Shown here in pieces: positions 44,753-54,523 of a stretch of DNA of 64,000 nt. Positions within the stretch are counted from its first letter, which is position 1. Every line of letters starts with the position of its first letter. The notes beneath the pieces are model-generated. The model searched no databases. It was not told where the DNA came from and worked only from the letters and a program-made list of their open reading frames with translations. The stretch comes from Methanothermococcus sp. Ax23 (GTDB lineage: Archaea; AGJL01; Methanococci; Methanococcales; Methanococcaceae): positions 1,216,001-1,280,000 of the forward strand of contig NZ_CP157522.1 of assembly GCF_049075655.1 (NCBI RefSeq), in the 5' to 3' direction. Made by a program: the position numbers and the translations under genes.

Positions 44753-45334
44753 TTATTCAATAATCACATTTTTTTCGATTTCGCATCCTAAGGAATTACT
44801 TATAAGACATTTTTTAGAGCTCTCCAATATTAGCTCTTTTAATTCACTCCCATTTGAATTACCATTAATTTTAGCATGGATATTTAATATTATCTTCTCA
44901 ATACATCCCTTTTCAAAGTTCTTTTTAACCATTGCATTAACTTTAATATTTCCAATTATTCCCTTTTCAGCAAGAGCTCTCCCAACTGCAATAGAGACAC
45001 AACCACAAAGTCCAGATAAAAACAAATCCATAGGAGATATTGAATCCTTTGTAGCTCCTTTGCCCCCCTTTGAATTTATTTTTAGCCCTTTAACATTTAT
45101 GGAAGTTTCAAAATCCTTTATGAAAGTTGCGGATATTTCGCAGTCATTGCTTTTAGATACGATTATATCCACAATCTTTTTTATAAATTCCTCCCTTTCA
45201 TTTTTTGGAATATTCATTAAATGTTTTTCCATAACCTTAGGTATCATTTCAGGCATCATCTTTGGCATCATAGTTTCGCACATTTCAGAGCTCATCATAG
45301 TTTGCATCATTTCCTTCATCATCTCTGGATTCAT
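44753..45334 (-). CDS. OsmC-family protein with Met-rich N-terminal extension
   Basis: SPMDLFLSGLCGC and a C-terminal C.ISNSL motif. Confidence 0.75.
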   Translation of the reverse strand: MNPEMMKEMMQTMMSSEMCETMMPKMMPEMIPKVMEKHLMNIPKNEREEFIKKIVDIIVSKSNDCEISATFIKDFETSINVKGLKINSKGGKGATKDSISPMDLFLSGLCGCVSIAVGRALAEKGIIGNIKVNAMVKKNFEKGCIEKIILNIHAKINGNSNGSELKELILESSKKCLISNSLGCEIEKNVIIE

Positions 45335-45370
45335 ATCACCACCCTTTTATTTTATTTTAAAATATTCAAA

Positions 45371-46414
45371 TTAATGCCCTTTAAATGGATATCCATGATA
45401 TGTTGCTATTGCGGTTTTTACAAGAGTAATTGCCCATAATCCAAATAACAGCCAGTATAATCCAAAACCAACATAGTCAATTATATTATACTGGAATATT
45501 CCATAAATCATATGGCTGGATGCCACATAAGCACCAAGAGGGAATATAAATGCCCACCAAGGCATACCATAAGGCAATTTTAGATTTTTAATATAGTATA
45601 TTGTCATTATTATTGCCATCACAGCCCACCATAATCCAAAGCCCCAGAATAAGAATGAAAATATATAAAACGGCTCTTTTACAGATACAAATGGTGAGTT
45701 ATTCACTAAATTGAGTAATGCTATAATCCCAGCACCAATTGGTCCCAAATTAATCCATATTGTTGGTGCTAATGCGGAAGGTAATGGATTGTGTAGTATG
45801 AACCTATACATTACAACAGCAAGTAAAGCCAAATAAGCAAATATTCCTGCCCCTAATCCATAGTAATTTACTAAAACCACCAATTCATGAATTAATCCTG
45901 TGGTATGTGGCATTATTAAACTTCCTGCAATAGCCATAACCAATAAACCCACTGGTGGAATATACCAGCCTGGATTTACATGGTCCAACTTTATATGCTC
46001 TGATTTGAACATGTAAAATGTCACAACTGTGCTGAATATTATCATCCCTATTACGCCGATTCCCCAAAATATTTCTCCAATAAACATATTATGCCCGATA
46101 CTTATGAAATCAGACGCTAACACGAGCATTGCCACGGCAACTGTTGGATAGAATGAACTTAATATTGGATGCTTCAAGTCAGCAAAGGCATTTTTAGGAT
46201 ACATTATCCATCTTAAAGTCCAAGGTATTATAAATGCAAAGAACATTAATATATTAAAATAAAACAATATTATGGCAATATTGTTTAATGCTGGAATATA
46301 CGACGAATACATCATGCTAGATATTGCTAAAATACCCGTTCCCATTACCGCTGCAAACCACGATGGTATGAAATTTTTAATAATATCACATTTTGATTCA
46401 CATGCCTCTAGCAC
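45371..46414 (-). CDS. TDT/SLAC1-family anion (sulfite/tellurite/dicarboxylate) transporter
   Basis: PSWFAAVMGTG, PGWYIPPVG, WWAFIFPLG; about 10 TMs. Confidence 0.92.
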   Translation of the reverse strand: MLEACESKCDIIKNFIPSWFAAVMGTGILAISSMMYSSYIPALNNIAIILFYFNILMFFAFIIPWTLRWIMYPKNAFADLKHPILSSFYPTVAVAMLVLASDFISIGHNMFIGEIFWGIGVIGMIIFSTVVTFYMFKSEHIKLDHVNPGWYIPPVGLLVMAIAGSLIMPHTTGLIHELVVLVNYYGLGAGIFAYLALLAVVMYRFILHNPLPSALAPTIWINLGPIGAGIIALLNLVNNSPFVSVKEPFYIFSFLFWGFGLWWAVMAIIMTIYYIKNLKLPYGMPWWAFIFPLGAYVASSHMIYGIFQYNIIDYVGFGLYWLLFGLWAITLVKTAIATYHGYPFKGH

Positions 46415-46555
46415 ATTCTCACCTATTTTTACCCATATGTGTATAGTCCTAATGTCATTGTATTTAAACCTTCCGATTAATCGATATATTTTAATGTTTT
46501 TTAAATATATTTGGATATTATGATATACATTAAAAAAATAAAAAATAAATAAAAA

Positions 46556-47272
46556 TTAAAGTAGGTTATGTCTTCGTTTTATGCCGTCGTATAAATCTAT
46601 TACATTTCCATTTAAAAAGGCAGACATTGTATATATCACTCCCGGCGGTAGGATATTTGTGGCAGTCCCTCTTTTAACAAAATACAAATTATCAAAACTT
46701 AGTAATCCACCGAATATTAATCCTGCTAATTTTGGGAGCTCCTTTAATTCCTCAAAAGTTATGACTACAACAGGGTCATCTGTGTCAACGCCGGAATATC
46801 CAACACCATGAATCTTTTTTGGATTATCTGATATGCTGGAACCCACATCAAAGCCGTATTTCTTCCCAATATCTTCAACAAACAATGCCATTTCATTTAC
46901 GATATCCTCTCCCCCATAGGTGTCAAAGGAAACTATTAAAGCGTCGCCGTATTCAGAACCTGCTTTTGCAACTGCATAGGAGACGCCTTCTCCTGCATCC
47001 TCGGGGCATTGGGAAATTCCATTTAAATCCTCAAAACCTTCTGCATGTTTTTTTAGTAAGTTTATAATGCTTTTATTGGTTTCTTCGATTAAATTTTCAG
47101 GGACAAAGGATGTAATTACTATATCATCCCCTGTGATATTTGAAAGTGCCGATTTTACACCTGGGGGCGTAATTAATGGCAGTTCTCTGCTTATTTTCTC
47201 ATTTACAATATGATTTGTTTCCACATCATTTGATGATATATCTATACTTATCGAAGTGATGTATTTTTCCAT
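46556..47272 (-). CDS. Hypothetical protein
   Basis: 238-aa ORF with typical codon usage; no family recognised. Confidence 0.75.
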   Translation of the reverse strand: MEKYITSISIDISSNDVETNHIVNEKISRELPLITPPGVKSALSNITGDDIVITSFVPENLIEETNKSIINLLKKHAEGFEDLNGISQCPEDAGEGVSYAVAKAGSEYGDALIVSFDTYGGEDIVNEMALFVEDIGKKYGFDVGSSISDNPKKIHGVGYSGVDTDDPVVVITFEELKELPKLAGLIFGGLLSFDNLYFVKRGTATNILPPGVIYTMSAFLNGNVIDLYDGIKRRHNLL

Positions 47273-47311
47273 GTTATCATCGCATTTATTTTTAGAATTT
47301 TATAAAATAAA

Positions 47312-47408
47312 GTCATCGTTGCGTAGCAAGCGACCTAAAACCTACGGTTTTAAGTTTTACTCATTTCATTCGTAAATGCAACGAAATCACTTTGTGATTT
47401 CGTCTAAT
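47312..47408 (-). repeat. Nested double-hairpin micro-elements
   Basis: ATTAGACGAAATCAC..GTGATTTCGTTGC / TCGCTTGCTACGCAACG element interrupted by a 44-bp two-hairpin unit (47334-47377). Confidence 0.8.
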
Positions 47409-47773
47409 TCCATTAGTTCTGTATCTTCGTGAGAGTAGGGAGGAGAACAACAGCATAATATCTTTAAAGGTATATTATTTATATTTTCAATTTGGTGAGG
47501 AGCTCCCGGAGGGATACATATTGTGTCTCCTTTTTTAACCTCAAATTTATTGTCGCTTATAGTCATCATCCCCTTACCTTCCACAATGTAATATATCTCT
47601 TCGGATTTATGATGCTTATGCAATAAGGTTTTAGCCCCCACTGGAACGGTTGCTTCCGCTAGACTCTGTTTCTCATTTCCATGAACCATCGGGTGCATTA
47701 ACTCTCGAATTATTGAGCTGTCTTTGGTAATGTATGGATTAATCCCAGCATATTCAGTTTTTATTATTTTCAT
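47387..47773 (-). CDS. Cupin-domain protein
   Basis: HKHHKSEEIYY and IPPGAPH motifs. Confidence 0.9.
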   Translation of the reverse strand: MKIIKTEYAGINPYITKDSSIIRELMHPMVHGNEKQSLAEATVPVGAKTLLHKHHKSEEIYYIVEGKGMMTISDNKFEVKKGDTICIPPGAPHQIENINNIPLKILCCCSPPYSHEDTELMELDEITK

Positions 47774-47891
47774 ATTGCACCAATTCCTTATATTTTTGAT
47801 GTTATTATATTATTTATGAAAAATGAAATTTAAAAATCTTTCTTTCGAGTGGTGTAGTTGGCAGTAGTTATAGCCATACGCTTACATAAAC

Positions 47892-48683
47892 TTAAACGAA
47901 TTCCACCATATTTCTACATACTCCCAGTTTCATGGTTGTTTTTTTATAGTTTTCCATCCACTCCCTTTTAAATCTATTTAACACATAGCTATCGTAAATA
48001 TATTCTACATCAGTTTTTGCATCCATCAGTATAAGTCCCTCTGCTGGTGCTGGTGCTACACCCTCTTTATGATTTTCACATAGGAGCTCATCTATCCAAC
48101 CCACAGGTTTGTTCTCTTTTCCCACCTCAGATAGTGTAGTAATTATTTTTCTTACCATATTCCACAGGAAACTTTTGCCGATAACATCAATTGTAATGTA
48201 GTATGGATTTTCATCAATTTTTATATCATATATTGTCCTAATTGGGCTTTTTTCCTTTGTTCTATCTCTTTTAGATAGATTATGGAATGAATGCGTTCCT
48301 ATGAGTTTTTTTGAAGCCTCCTTCATTAAATCAATATTATATTCATCATCATATGGTATATTAGGTAATATATATCTGTAATGTCTATATTTTACCTCAG
48401 GAATGCCATTTATTTTATTATATCCTAAAATCCAAATCCCTTTATTTTTTAATTTTGAATAAATATATGATAATATCGGCTCTTGGTTTAATTCCACCAC
48501 TATAAAATTTCCAATTGCAGAAACTCCTTTATCAGTCCTCCCACCATAAAAAATTATTTTGTCATTTGCTAAATAATTACATTCTCTTAAAGCATCCATT
48601 ATTTTATCACAAACTGTTTCTTTGTGGGGTTGAGATTGGAATCCATAATTATACTCATCATATGCTACTTTTAAGATATACAT
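47892..48683 (-). CDS. truA: tRNA pseudouridine synthase A
   Basis: GFQSQP, GRTDKGVSA, FLWNMVRKI, APAEGL. Confidence 0.95.
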   Translation of the reverse strand: MYILKVAYDEYNYGFQSQPHKETVCDKIMDALRECNYLANDKIIFYGGRTDKGVSAIGNFIVVELNQEPILSYIYSKLKNKGIWILGYNKINGIPEVKYRHYRYILPNIPYDDEYNIDLMKEASKKLIGTHSFHNLSKRDRTKEKSPIRTIYDIKIDENPYYITIDVIGKSFLWNMVRKIITTLSEVGKENKPVGWIDELLCENHKEGVAPAPAEGLILMDAKTDVEYIYDSYVLNRFKREWMENYKKTTMKLGVCRNMVEFV

Positions 48684-48827
48684 AATATCACAATAATAAT
48701 ATACTCATATAATTGCATAATATATAATATTATAATTTGGAAGAGATATTTTTAAATCAAAATTAAAATAGATGTGAAATATACAATATATATTATATTT
48801 CTTAATTTGATATAAAAAAGTGATAGT

Positions 48828-50090
48828 ATGAAAACTCTAATTATAGACCCCAAAATATCTGGAATATCTGGTGATATGTTTATATCTGCACTTATTGATT
48901 TAACCGATGATATTGATTTATTAGGGGAGCTCACCTCCACCATCAACAATTTGAAAAACTGCAAAAAATTTGAAGTAGATATTAAGGAAGAAAAAATAAA
49001 CGGTATAGTGGTAAAAAAGCTTTATATGAATATAATTGAAGATAGATTCCACCGCCCAGAAGATTTAAAAGATGCGATTAAGGAAGTTTCTAATAATTTA
49101 AATTTATCTGAAAAAGCAAATAATATAATCTGTAATATCATAGACGATTTAATATATGCCGAAAAAAAGCTCCATAAAACCGACTTCCACCTTCACGAAG
49201 TGGCATCCCTTGATACAGTTTTTGATGTTGTTGGAAGCGTAATGCTTCTTGAAAAAAACGGATTTTTGGACGGAAAAATATACTCCACGCCCCCAGTTCT
49301 TGGCGGTGGATATGTGAGTATGGAACACGGTATTTTATCAGTTCCAGCTCCTGCTACCCTTGAAATATTATGCAAACATGGTATAAAATACTCCAATCCA
49401 CCTTATGCCACCAAATTTGAACATACCACACCAACGGGCATTGCCATACTTTCCAATGTAGTTGATGAAATTGTGGATAACTTTCCCCCTATGACACCCA
49501 TAAAAGTTGGATATGGCGGAGGCTCAAAGATATTAAAAGAAGTTCCAAATATTTTAAGAGTTATTGAAGGAAAAATAAATAAAAACATAGAAAAAAACAT
49601 GGTTGTGCTTGAAACTAATGTGGATGATGTTTCTGGGGAGATTATAGGAAATCTTTTTGAAAAACTACTAAATGAAGGGGCAAAAGAAGTATTTGTTGTA
49701 AATGGTATCGGAAAGAAAAACCGACCCACCAATATTATTTCTGTAATCACAAATTATGCAAAATCTGAAAAACTTGCAAAAATGCTTATGGAAGAAACTG
49801 GAACATTAGGAGTAAGAATAAAAGAAATAGATAGAATAAAGGCAGAACGAATTGAAAAAACCTATTTTATTAATATAAATGGTAAAGAATTTAAATTTAA
49901 TGTGAAAATATCATCTATTGACGATAAAATAATAAATATGAAACCAGAATATGAAGACGCCAAAAAAATAGCAGAGGAGTTAAAAATACCCCTTAGAAAG
50001 GTTTTAAAGATGTTGGATAATGAAATCACCTGTGTAGCAGGTGAGCAACGAAATCATGAAGTGATTTCGTCTAATTTACGAGCGAAGTGA
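48828..50090 (+). CDS. larC: Nickel-pincer cofactor biosynthesis protein
   Basis: SGISGDM, HLHEV..LD..D, HG...VPAPAT, TPTG, ETNVDD, KKNRP, KPEYED. Confidence 0.9.
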   Translation: MKTLIIDPKISGISGDMFISALIDLTDDIDLLGELTSTINNLKNCKKFEVDIKEEKINGIVVKKLYMNIIEDRFHRPEDLKDAIKEVSNNLNLSEKANNIICNIIDDLIYAEKKLHKTDFHLHEVASLDTVFDVVGSVMLLEKNGFLDGKIYSTPPVLGGGYVSMEHGILSVPAPATLEILCKHGIKYSNPPYATKFEHTTPTGIAILSNVVDEIVDNFPPMTPIKVGYGGGSKILKEVPNILRVIEGKINKNIEKNMVVLETNVDDVSGEIIGNLFEKLLNEGAKEVFVVNGIGKKNRPTNIISVITNYAKSEKLAKMLMEETGTLGVRIKEIDRIKAERIEKTYFININGKEFKFNVKISSIDDKIINMKPEYEDAKKIAEELKIPLRKVLKMLDNEITCVAGEQRNHEVISSNLRAK

Positions 50091-50116
50091 GTAAATAAAC
50101 AAATCATGAGGATTTG
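50027..50116. repeat. Two back-to-back double-hairpin micro-elements
   Basis: 50027-50075 (minus; ATTAGACG family) and 50074-50116 (plus; ATTTACGAGCGAAGTGAGTAAA family). Confidence 0.8.
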
Positions 50117-50354
50117 TCAGCTACCAACGACTAAAGTCGTTGGCTTGCCCTTCCAACTCCCTCAATAATAAGGGCGGAGGACATTAGGCTGGCTGACGGA
50201 CAGCCCAGTATTATTCACCAATAATGCCCTTCCAACCGTATCCACTCTACCGAGCTTCGTGCCTTAGGGCTTATTACAATTTATAGTTTATACAACATAT
50301 AAATTTTTCGGCTCCTCCAACGGCTAAAACCGTTGGCTTCCTGCCGAAGGAGTC
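50116..50354 (-). mobile_element. Second IS200/IS605-type MITE (about 239 bp), tnpB-family ends
   Basis: Left end after TTCAC with hairpin CCAACGG-TTTTAG-CCGTTGG; right-end hairpin CCAACGAC-TTTA-GTCGTTGG ending TAGCTGAC; internal TATA and a GLSVSQPNV TnpB C-terminus-like remnant. Confidence 0.8.
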
Positions 50355-50368
50355 GTGAAATTTCCAAA

Positions 50369-51064
50369 TCACCACACCTTTAAATCAATGCCTTCAATAT
50401 ATACTCTGTTTCCTTCAACTTCAACAACTACTCCTGAATGAACCTTTTGCATCATGCAGTGATTTGGTATAAACTTAACAGTATGCCCGACTTCGGGAAC
50501 CTTTCCAATAACTATGCCTTCAAATGCCACAACCATGGCAAGACCTACATTTATATATTCTTTTTCTTCCCCTGTGATTCTATGGCATGGTCCTTCAATA
50601 TGGACAATATATAACCCATGATTTTCATCAATTATTTTAGCAAAATGTGGTATTGGACAGCCCAATGGTCTGTATTGGATATAATCTCCAATTTTTAAAG
50701 GTCTTTTATCCGTAATCATTAAAGTTTCCCTGCATGAATGTTCATTAGGTAGCGGGTCCAACAGAAAATCTGCTTCATATCCATCAATTACCCCAACTAG
50801 TTTTTTATCTTTTTCATTTTCTTCCTTTTCTTCTTTTTCCACTTTTGATTTTACCTCTTTTTTATGCTCAACATCCTTTAATAATTCTTTTAACTCCTTC
50901 ATATTTTCCTTAAAATCTTCCCTAAATAAAAATGGGCATTTATCTGGTGAAGTTTCACCATTTAAAAGTTCCTCTGCAAAAATATCACATCGTTTATAAC
51001 CGCATGCTTTGCAGTTGTATCCGGGAAGCAATTTTATTATTTTATTTAATTTATTTACATCCAT
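50369..51064 (-). CDS. Fe-S-binding protein (N-terminal putative FeS domain)
   Basis: LPGYNCKACGYKRC...CP, RPLGCPIPH, CMMQKVHSG; start moved to ATG 51064. Confidence 0.82.
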   Translation of the reverse strand: MDVNKLNKIIKLLPGYNCKACGYKRCDIFAEELLNGETSPDKCPFLFREDFKENMKELKELLKDVEHKKEVKSKVEKEEKEENEKDKKLVGVIDGYEADFLLDPLPNEHSCRETLMITDKRPLKIGDYIQYRPLGCPIPHFAKIIDENHGLYIVHIEGPCHRITGEEKEYINVGLAMVVAFEGIVIGKVPEVGHTVKFIPNHCMMQKVHSGVVVEVEGNRVYIEGIDLKVW

Positions 51065-51065
51065 A

Positions 51066-51818
51066 TTATTCCCCTGTGTATTTTGTAAATCCATCGATTC
51101 TTCTTAAAACTCCTCTGTGGTATTTCTTTGAAACTCTTGTTTCTCCAACACAAAGGGTGCAAATACATAATGGGGCATTGTGCCTTAATTCCTCATCTTC
51201 TAAACTTGTCAGTGGTTTTGTTTCAGCTATTTCATCAGCCAATTCTCCGCAACCCTGACCGCTTAATCCATTTACATCGTAAATTCTACAATTGGGATTC
51301 ATCTCCAAAATTCTTTCCCTAAATACTTCCCTTTCTGCCTGAGAGATTATATCTCCTTTTGTAATTGCCACAACATCGGCACTTGTCAAAAATGGACCAA
51401 CCTTTCTTGGTGTATTTGGACCAGATGTTGCATCTATCACACAGATTCCAAGGCTGTTTTTTGTATATGGGGCACACCTATGGCACAACCCTGCGGTTTC
51501 AATTATGAGTATGTCAATATCTTCATCTTGATTTTTTGCCCATTCAACCATTTCTTCCATATTATATATTGCAAAATGGTCTGGACACATATCCTTACTA
51601 AGACCTATAAGGGTGGGGATGCCTAATTTACCATACCTTACATCGTCATCCGTATAAAGACAGTCAATTTTAACAACCGCTGGTTTATGTCCTGCATTCA
51701 TAAGATTTTTAATTGTATGTATTAATACGGAAGTTTTTCCTGCTCCCGGTGTTCCCGCCACTATGCTTATTTTTATATCTTTTTTATTTGTTTTATCTAT
51801 TTTATTTAAATTATCCAT
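51066..51818 (-). CDS. CobW/HypB/UreG-like (G3E) GTPase
   Basis: [25 protein letters not shown]. Confidence 0.85.
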   Translation of the reverse strand: MDNLNKIDKTNKKDIKISIVAGTPGAGKTSVLIHTIKNLMNAGHKPAVVKIDCLYTDDDVRYGKLGIPTLIGLSKDMCPDHFAIYNMEEMVEWAKNQDEDIDILIIETAGLCHRCAPYTKNSLGICVIDATSGPNTPRKVGPFLTSADVVAITKGDIISQAEREVFRERILEMNPNCRIYDVNGLSGQGCGELADEIAETKPLTSLEDEELRHNAPLCICTLCVGETRVSKKYHRGVLRRIDGFTKYTGE

Positions 51819-51827
51819 TATTTCACC

Positions 51828-52607
51828 TTATACTGTAAATTCTATATCTTCCAATGCCAATCTCTCGCCATGCCTTATTTTTTCTCTCATTGACAGCATC
51901 CAGTTGTCTATGTCATTTAATTTCTTTGAAACTTCTTTTTCTTCCTCGGTAGTTTCAATAATTTCAGACATCCCGCCGTTTTTCATTACAACCCTTCTAT
52001 CTGTCATAAGTGCTAAAACTGGGTCATGGGTAATTACCATCACAATTTTTCCATAACCTGCAAGGAGCTCCAAAGCCTCATGCTTCTTAATCCCTGCGTT
52101 TTCTATCTCATCGATTAATACAATAGGAGAATCACTTATAACTGCCACATCTGCAACCATTAAACTTCTTGACTGCCCACCGCTTAAAATCGTTAAGTTA
52201 TAGTCCTTTTTAATCGGTTCTCCTGTTAATTTATTTGCTAAATTTATTATTTCATCTACTATTCCTTCTTTTTCTATGCCTCTACTTTTTGCGTGCATCA
52301 ATAGGAACTCTTCAACAGTCATGTCTGCTAAAAAGTTCATGTTTTGGGATAATTGAGCTATCCTTCTTTTTCTTGGGTCTCTTCTCATATCAACTGGTGG
52401 AACTTCCCCATTTATCAATATTTTTCTTCTTGAAAGGGTATCCCCCTGTGCTAACTGCTCAATATCGCTTATTAAATTTGATTTTCCACTACCTGTTGGA
52501 CCTACAACACCAAATATTTCTCCTTTTTTTACAGTTAATTCCCTAACAGCCTCTGGCTCTCCAAATTTGTTGTATCCGCCAATTATCGTAATTTCATTTA
52601 TATCCAT
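51828..52607 (-). CDS. Soluble ABC-type ATPase
   Basis: [21 protein letters not shown]; no permease nearby; likely start ATG 52607. Confidence 0.88.
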   Translation of the reverse strand: MDINEITIIGGYNKFGEPEAVRELTVKKGEIFGVVGPTGSGKSNLISDIEQLAQGDTLSRRKILINGEVPPVDMRRDPRKRRIAQLSQNMNFLADMTVEEFLLMHAKSRGIEKEGIVDEIINLANKLTGEPIKKDYNLTILSGGQSRSLMVADVAVISDSPIVLIDEIENAGIKKHEALELLAGYGKIVMVITHDPVLALMTDRRVVMKNGGMSEIIETTEEEKEVSKKLNDIDNWMLSMREKIRHGERLALEDIEFTV

Positions 52608-52707
52608 AGTATCACATATTTTTATATAATTATATTTCATCTATTTATTTAATTATTATTTGTTGGTTAATTATTATTACCATTGCCAATTACCAATTAC
52701 CAATTAT

Positions 52708-53466
52708 TCACTGTATTTTTCCAAAAGTATCTCCCCTTAATCCTCTTCTGAGTGTTTCAAGGGATATTACTTCATCGTAAGCTATATTTCCTAAATTAAC
52801 ATCATTTCCAACTTTTAATATAAATTCAACCTGCTGATTCTTATTTGGTGCTTCAAATATGATTTTTTCAACTGGGACATTATTAATTAGGGTTTCAAAT
52901 TCAGACACCTTTACATTTCCTTCTTTATCGAATAATCCGATGGATTTTCCGCTTTCCCTACCTTCGATAATTACATAATCTGCTCCTGCTTTTAAGTCCT
53001 CATTTATTAGATTTATTCTATCCATTATGCTCAATTCCTTGTCCTTTTCTATACTCTTTTTTCCAACTTCTGTTAAAACGATAAATCCTTCATCCTTTGC
53101 CTTTTTTATGGCATTTTTTCTATCTTCCAAACTTAAATCCATTGAACCATTAGATATTTCCACAGCTTCAAAACCGAGCTCCTTACATTCATTTAAATAT
53201 TCATCAAATATTCCTCTTGAAAAACAAACCTCAAATAAAGTTCCGCCGGGATATACTTTTATTCCGTATTCTTTGTAATTTCCTATCTTTTCTTTTACAA
53301 TGTCCCTATCCTGAACTGCACTTGTTCCCCAGCCAAATTTAATAAAGGTTATGTATTTTCCGCAAACTTTCAAATAATCTTTTACAAAATCAGGGGAGAG
53401 CCCCTTGTCCAAAACCATTGTAATGCCCTTTTCTCTTTCAATATCTAAAAAACCAAATGCATTCAT
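52708..53466 (-). CDS. comA: Phosphosulfolactate synthase (coenzyme M biosynthesis)
   Basis: TMVLDKG, KFGWGT, PGGTLFE, EGRESG, LETLRRGLRGDT. Confidence 0.95.
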   Translation of the reverse strand: MNAFGFLDIEREKGITMVLDKGLSPDFVKDYLKVCGKYITFIKFGWGTSAVQDRDIVKEKIGNYKEYGIKVYPGGTLFEVCFSRGIFDEYLNECKELGFEAVEISNGSMDLSLEDRKNAIKKAKDEGFIVLTEVGKKSIEKDKELSIMDRINLINEDLKAGADYVIIEGRESGKSIGLFDKEGNVKVSEFETLINNVPVEKIIFEAPNKNQQVEFILKVGNDVNLGNIAYDEVISLETLRRGLRGDTFGKIQ

Positions 53467-53896
53467 ATTATCGCCTTTTTATTTTAACTTTTTATCTTAT
53501 TATTTTCATTTATATTCTTTTTATCTTATAAGAAAATTTTGATATTAAATATATATTAAAGTATAATTTTTAGTTATTATAGGATTAATATTTTATATAT
53601 TTTTTGATTTGATTTTTACTATGATAACAATATAGACACACATATGATAAAAAGGAATGGTATAAAAAAGGAAGAGTAGATATTCATTTGATTTTTCTCC
53701 ACAAACTAAAACAATTTGATTTCAAAAAAACAATTTTAAAGTTATGTGTATTTTCTCCGTTGGCAATAGGTTTTTATTTATATTTGATATATATTATAAA
53801 CAAAATAATAATTTAAAATAATAATTTAAAAGCCCAATTAAATGTATTAAACTATGTTAAACATACATTAGATGATTAAATATCGGGGGCGGTAAT

Positions 53897-54523
53897 TTGA
53901 CCATATTTCTCTTTAAAAGAAAACCTGAAAAAGAAGTTATAAATCTATTAAAAACTCATGTTTCCCTATCTATTGATAGTATTAAATTATTGGATGAATA
54001 TATTGATGATAAGAGCGATAATAAATTACGTGAAATTGTAAAACTTGAAAAAGAAGGGGATGAAATAAGAAAAAGAGTAATATTAAATCTCTATGAAGCA
54101 TTTTTGCCCAGCATGAAGAAAGAATTAAATTATTCAATTGAAATTCTTGATGAAGTCCTTGATAGTATTAAGCACGGAGCTCTGATATATGATTTGATGA
54201 CTTTTGATTTAGATGAAACTATCAAGGAAAAGTGCAAATTAATATTAAATATATCCTTAAACATGCTAAACTCAATGGATAATTTAATAGATGTGTTTGA
54301 AAACGGGGGTGATTTTAAAAAACATATAAAAGACATAAAAGCAGGAGAAGAAGAAATTGATGATATTCATCATGAAATTTATAGATATATGGTGAATATG
54401 GAAATAAACTCCTTTTGGGAAGGGAAACTTATGAGTGATTTTGTAGATAGGATAACTGAGATAAGCGATTATATCGAAAATGTGGCTGATGAATTTCAAA
54501 TAATATATCTAAGTTATCGGTGA
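53897..54523 (+). CDS. DUF47/PhoU-like phosphate transport regulator
   Basis: E.EGD.IR, AFLP, EE.IDD, I.D.IENVAD; precedes pit. Confidence 0.88.
   Translation: MTIFLFKRKPEKEVINLLKTHVSLSIDSIKLLDEYIDDKSDNKLREIVKLEKEGDEIRKRVILNLYEAFLPSMKKELNYSIEILDEVLDSIKHGALIYDLMTFDLDETIKEKCKLILNISLNMLNSMDNLIDVFENGGDFKKHIKDIKAGEEEIDDIHHEIYRYMVNMEINSFWEGKLMSDFVDRITEISDYIENVADEFQIIYLSYR

Noticed and set aside
47845-47891. GC-richer intergenic segment after truA
   Set aside because: It could be an IS-end remnant or sRNA, but no partner repeat, box motif or stable stem was found in the window.
43615-50116. Palindromic repeats as a CRISPR array
   Set aside because: They are dispersed, not regularly spaced, have no spacers and have no cas genes.
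50116-50200. IscB/HEARO RNA on the plus strand (GTCAGCTACC...GGCTTG start)
   Set aside because: The TATA box and TnpB C-terminal-like remnant are on the minus strand and no iscB is present; a TnpB right end is the simpler reading, though HEARO is not fully excluded.
52676-52706. Short CCAATTA tandem repeat after comA
   Set aside because: About four degenerate units, consistent with simple slippage; no evidence of function.
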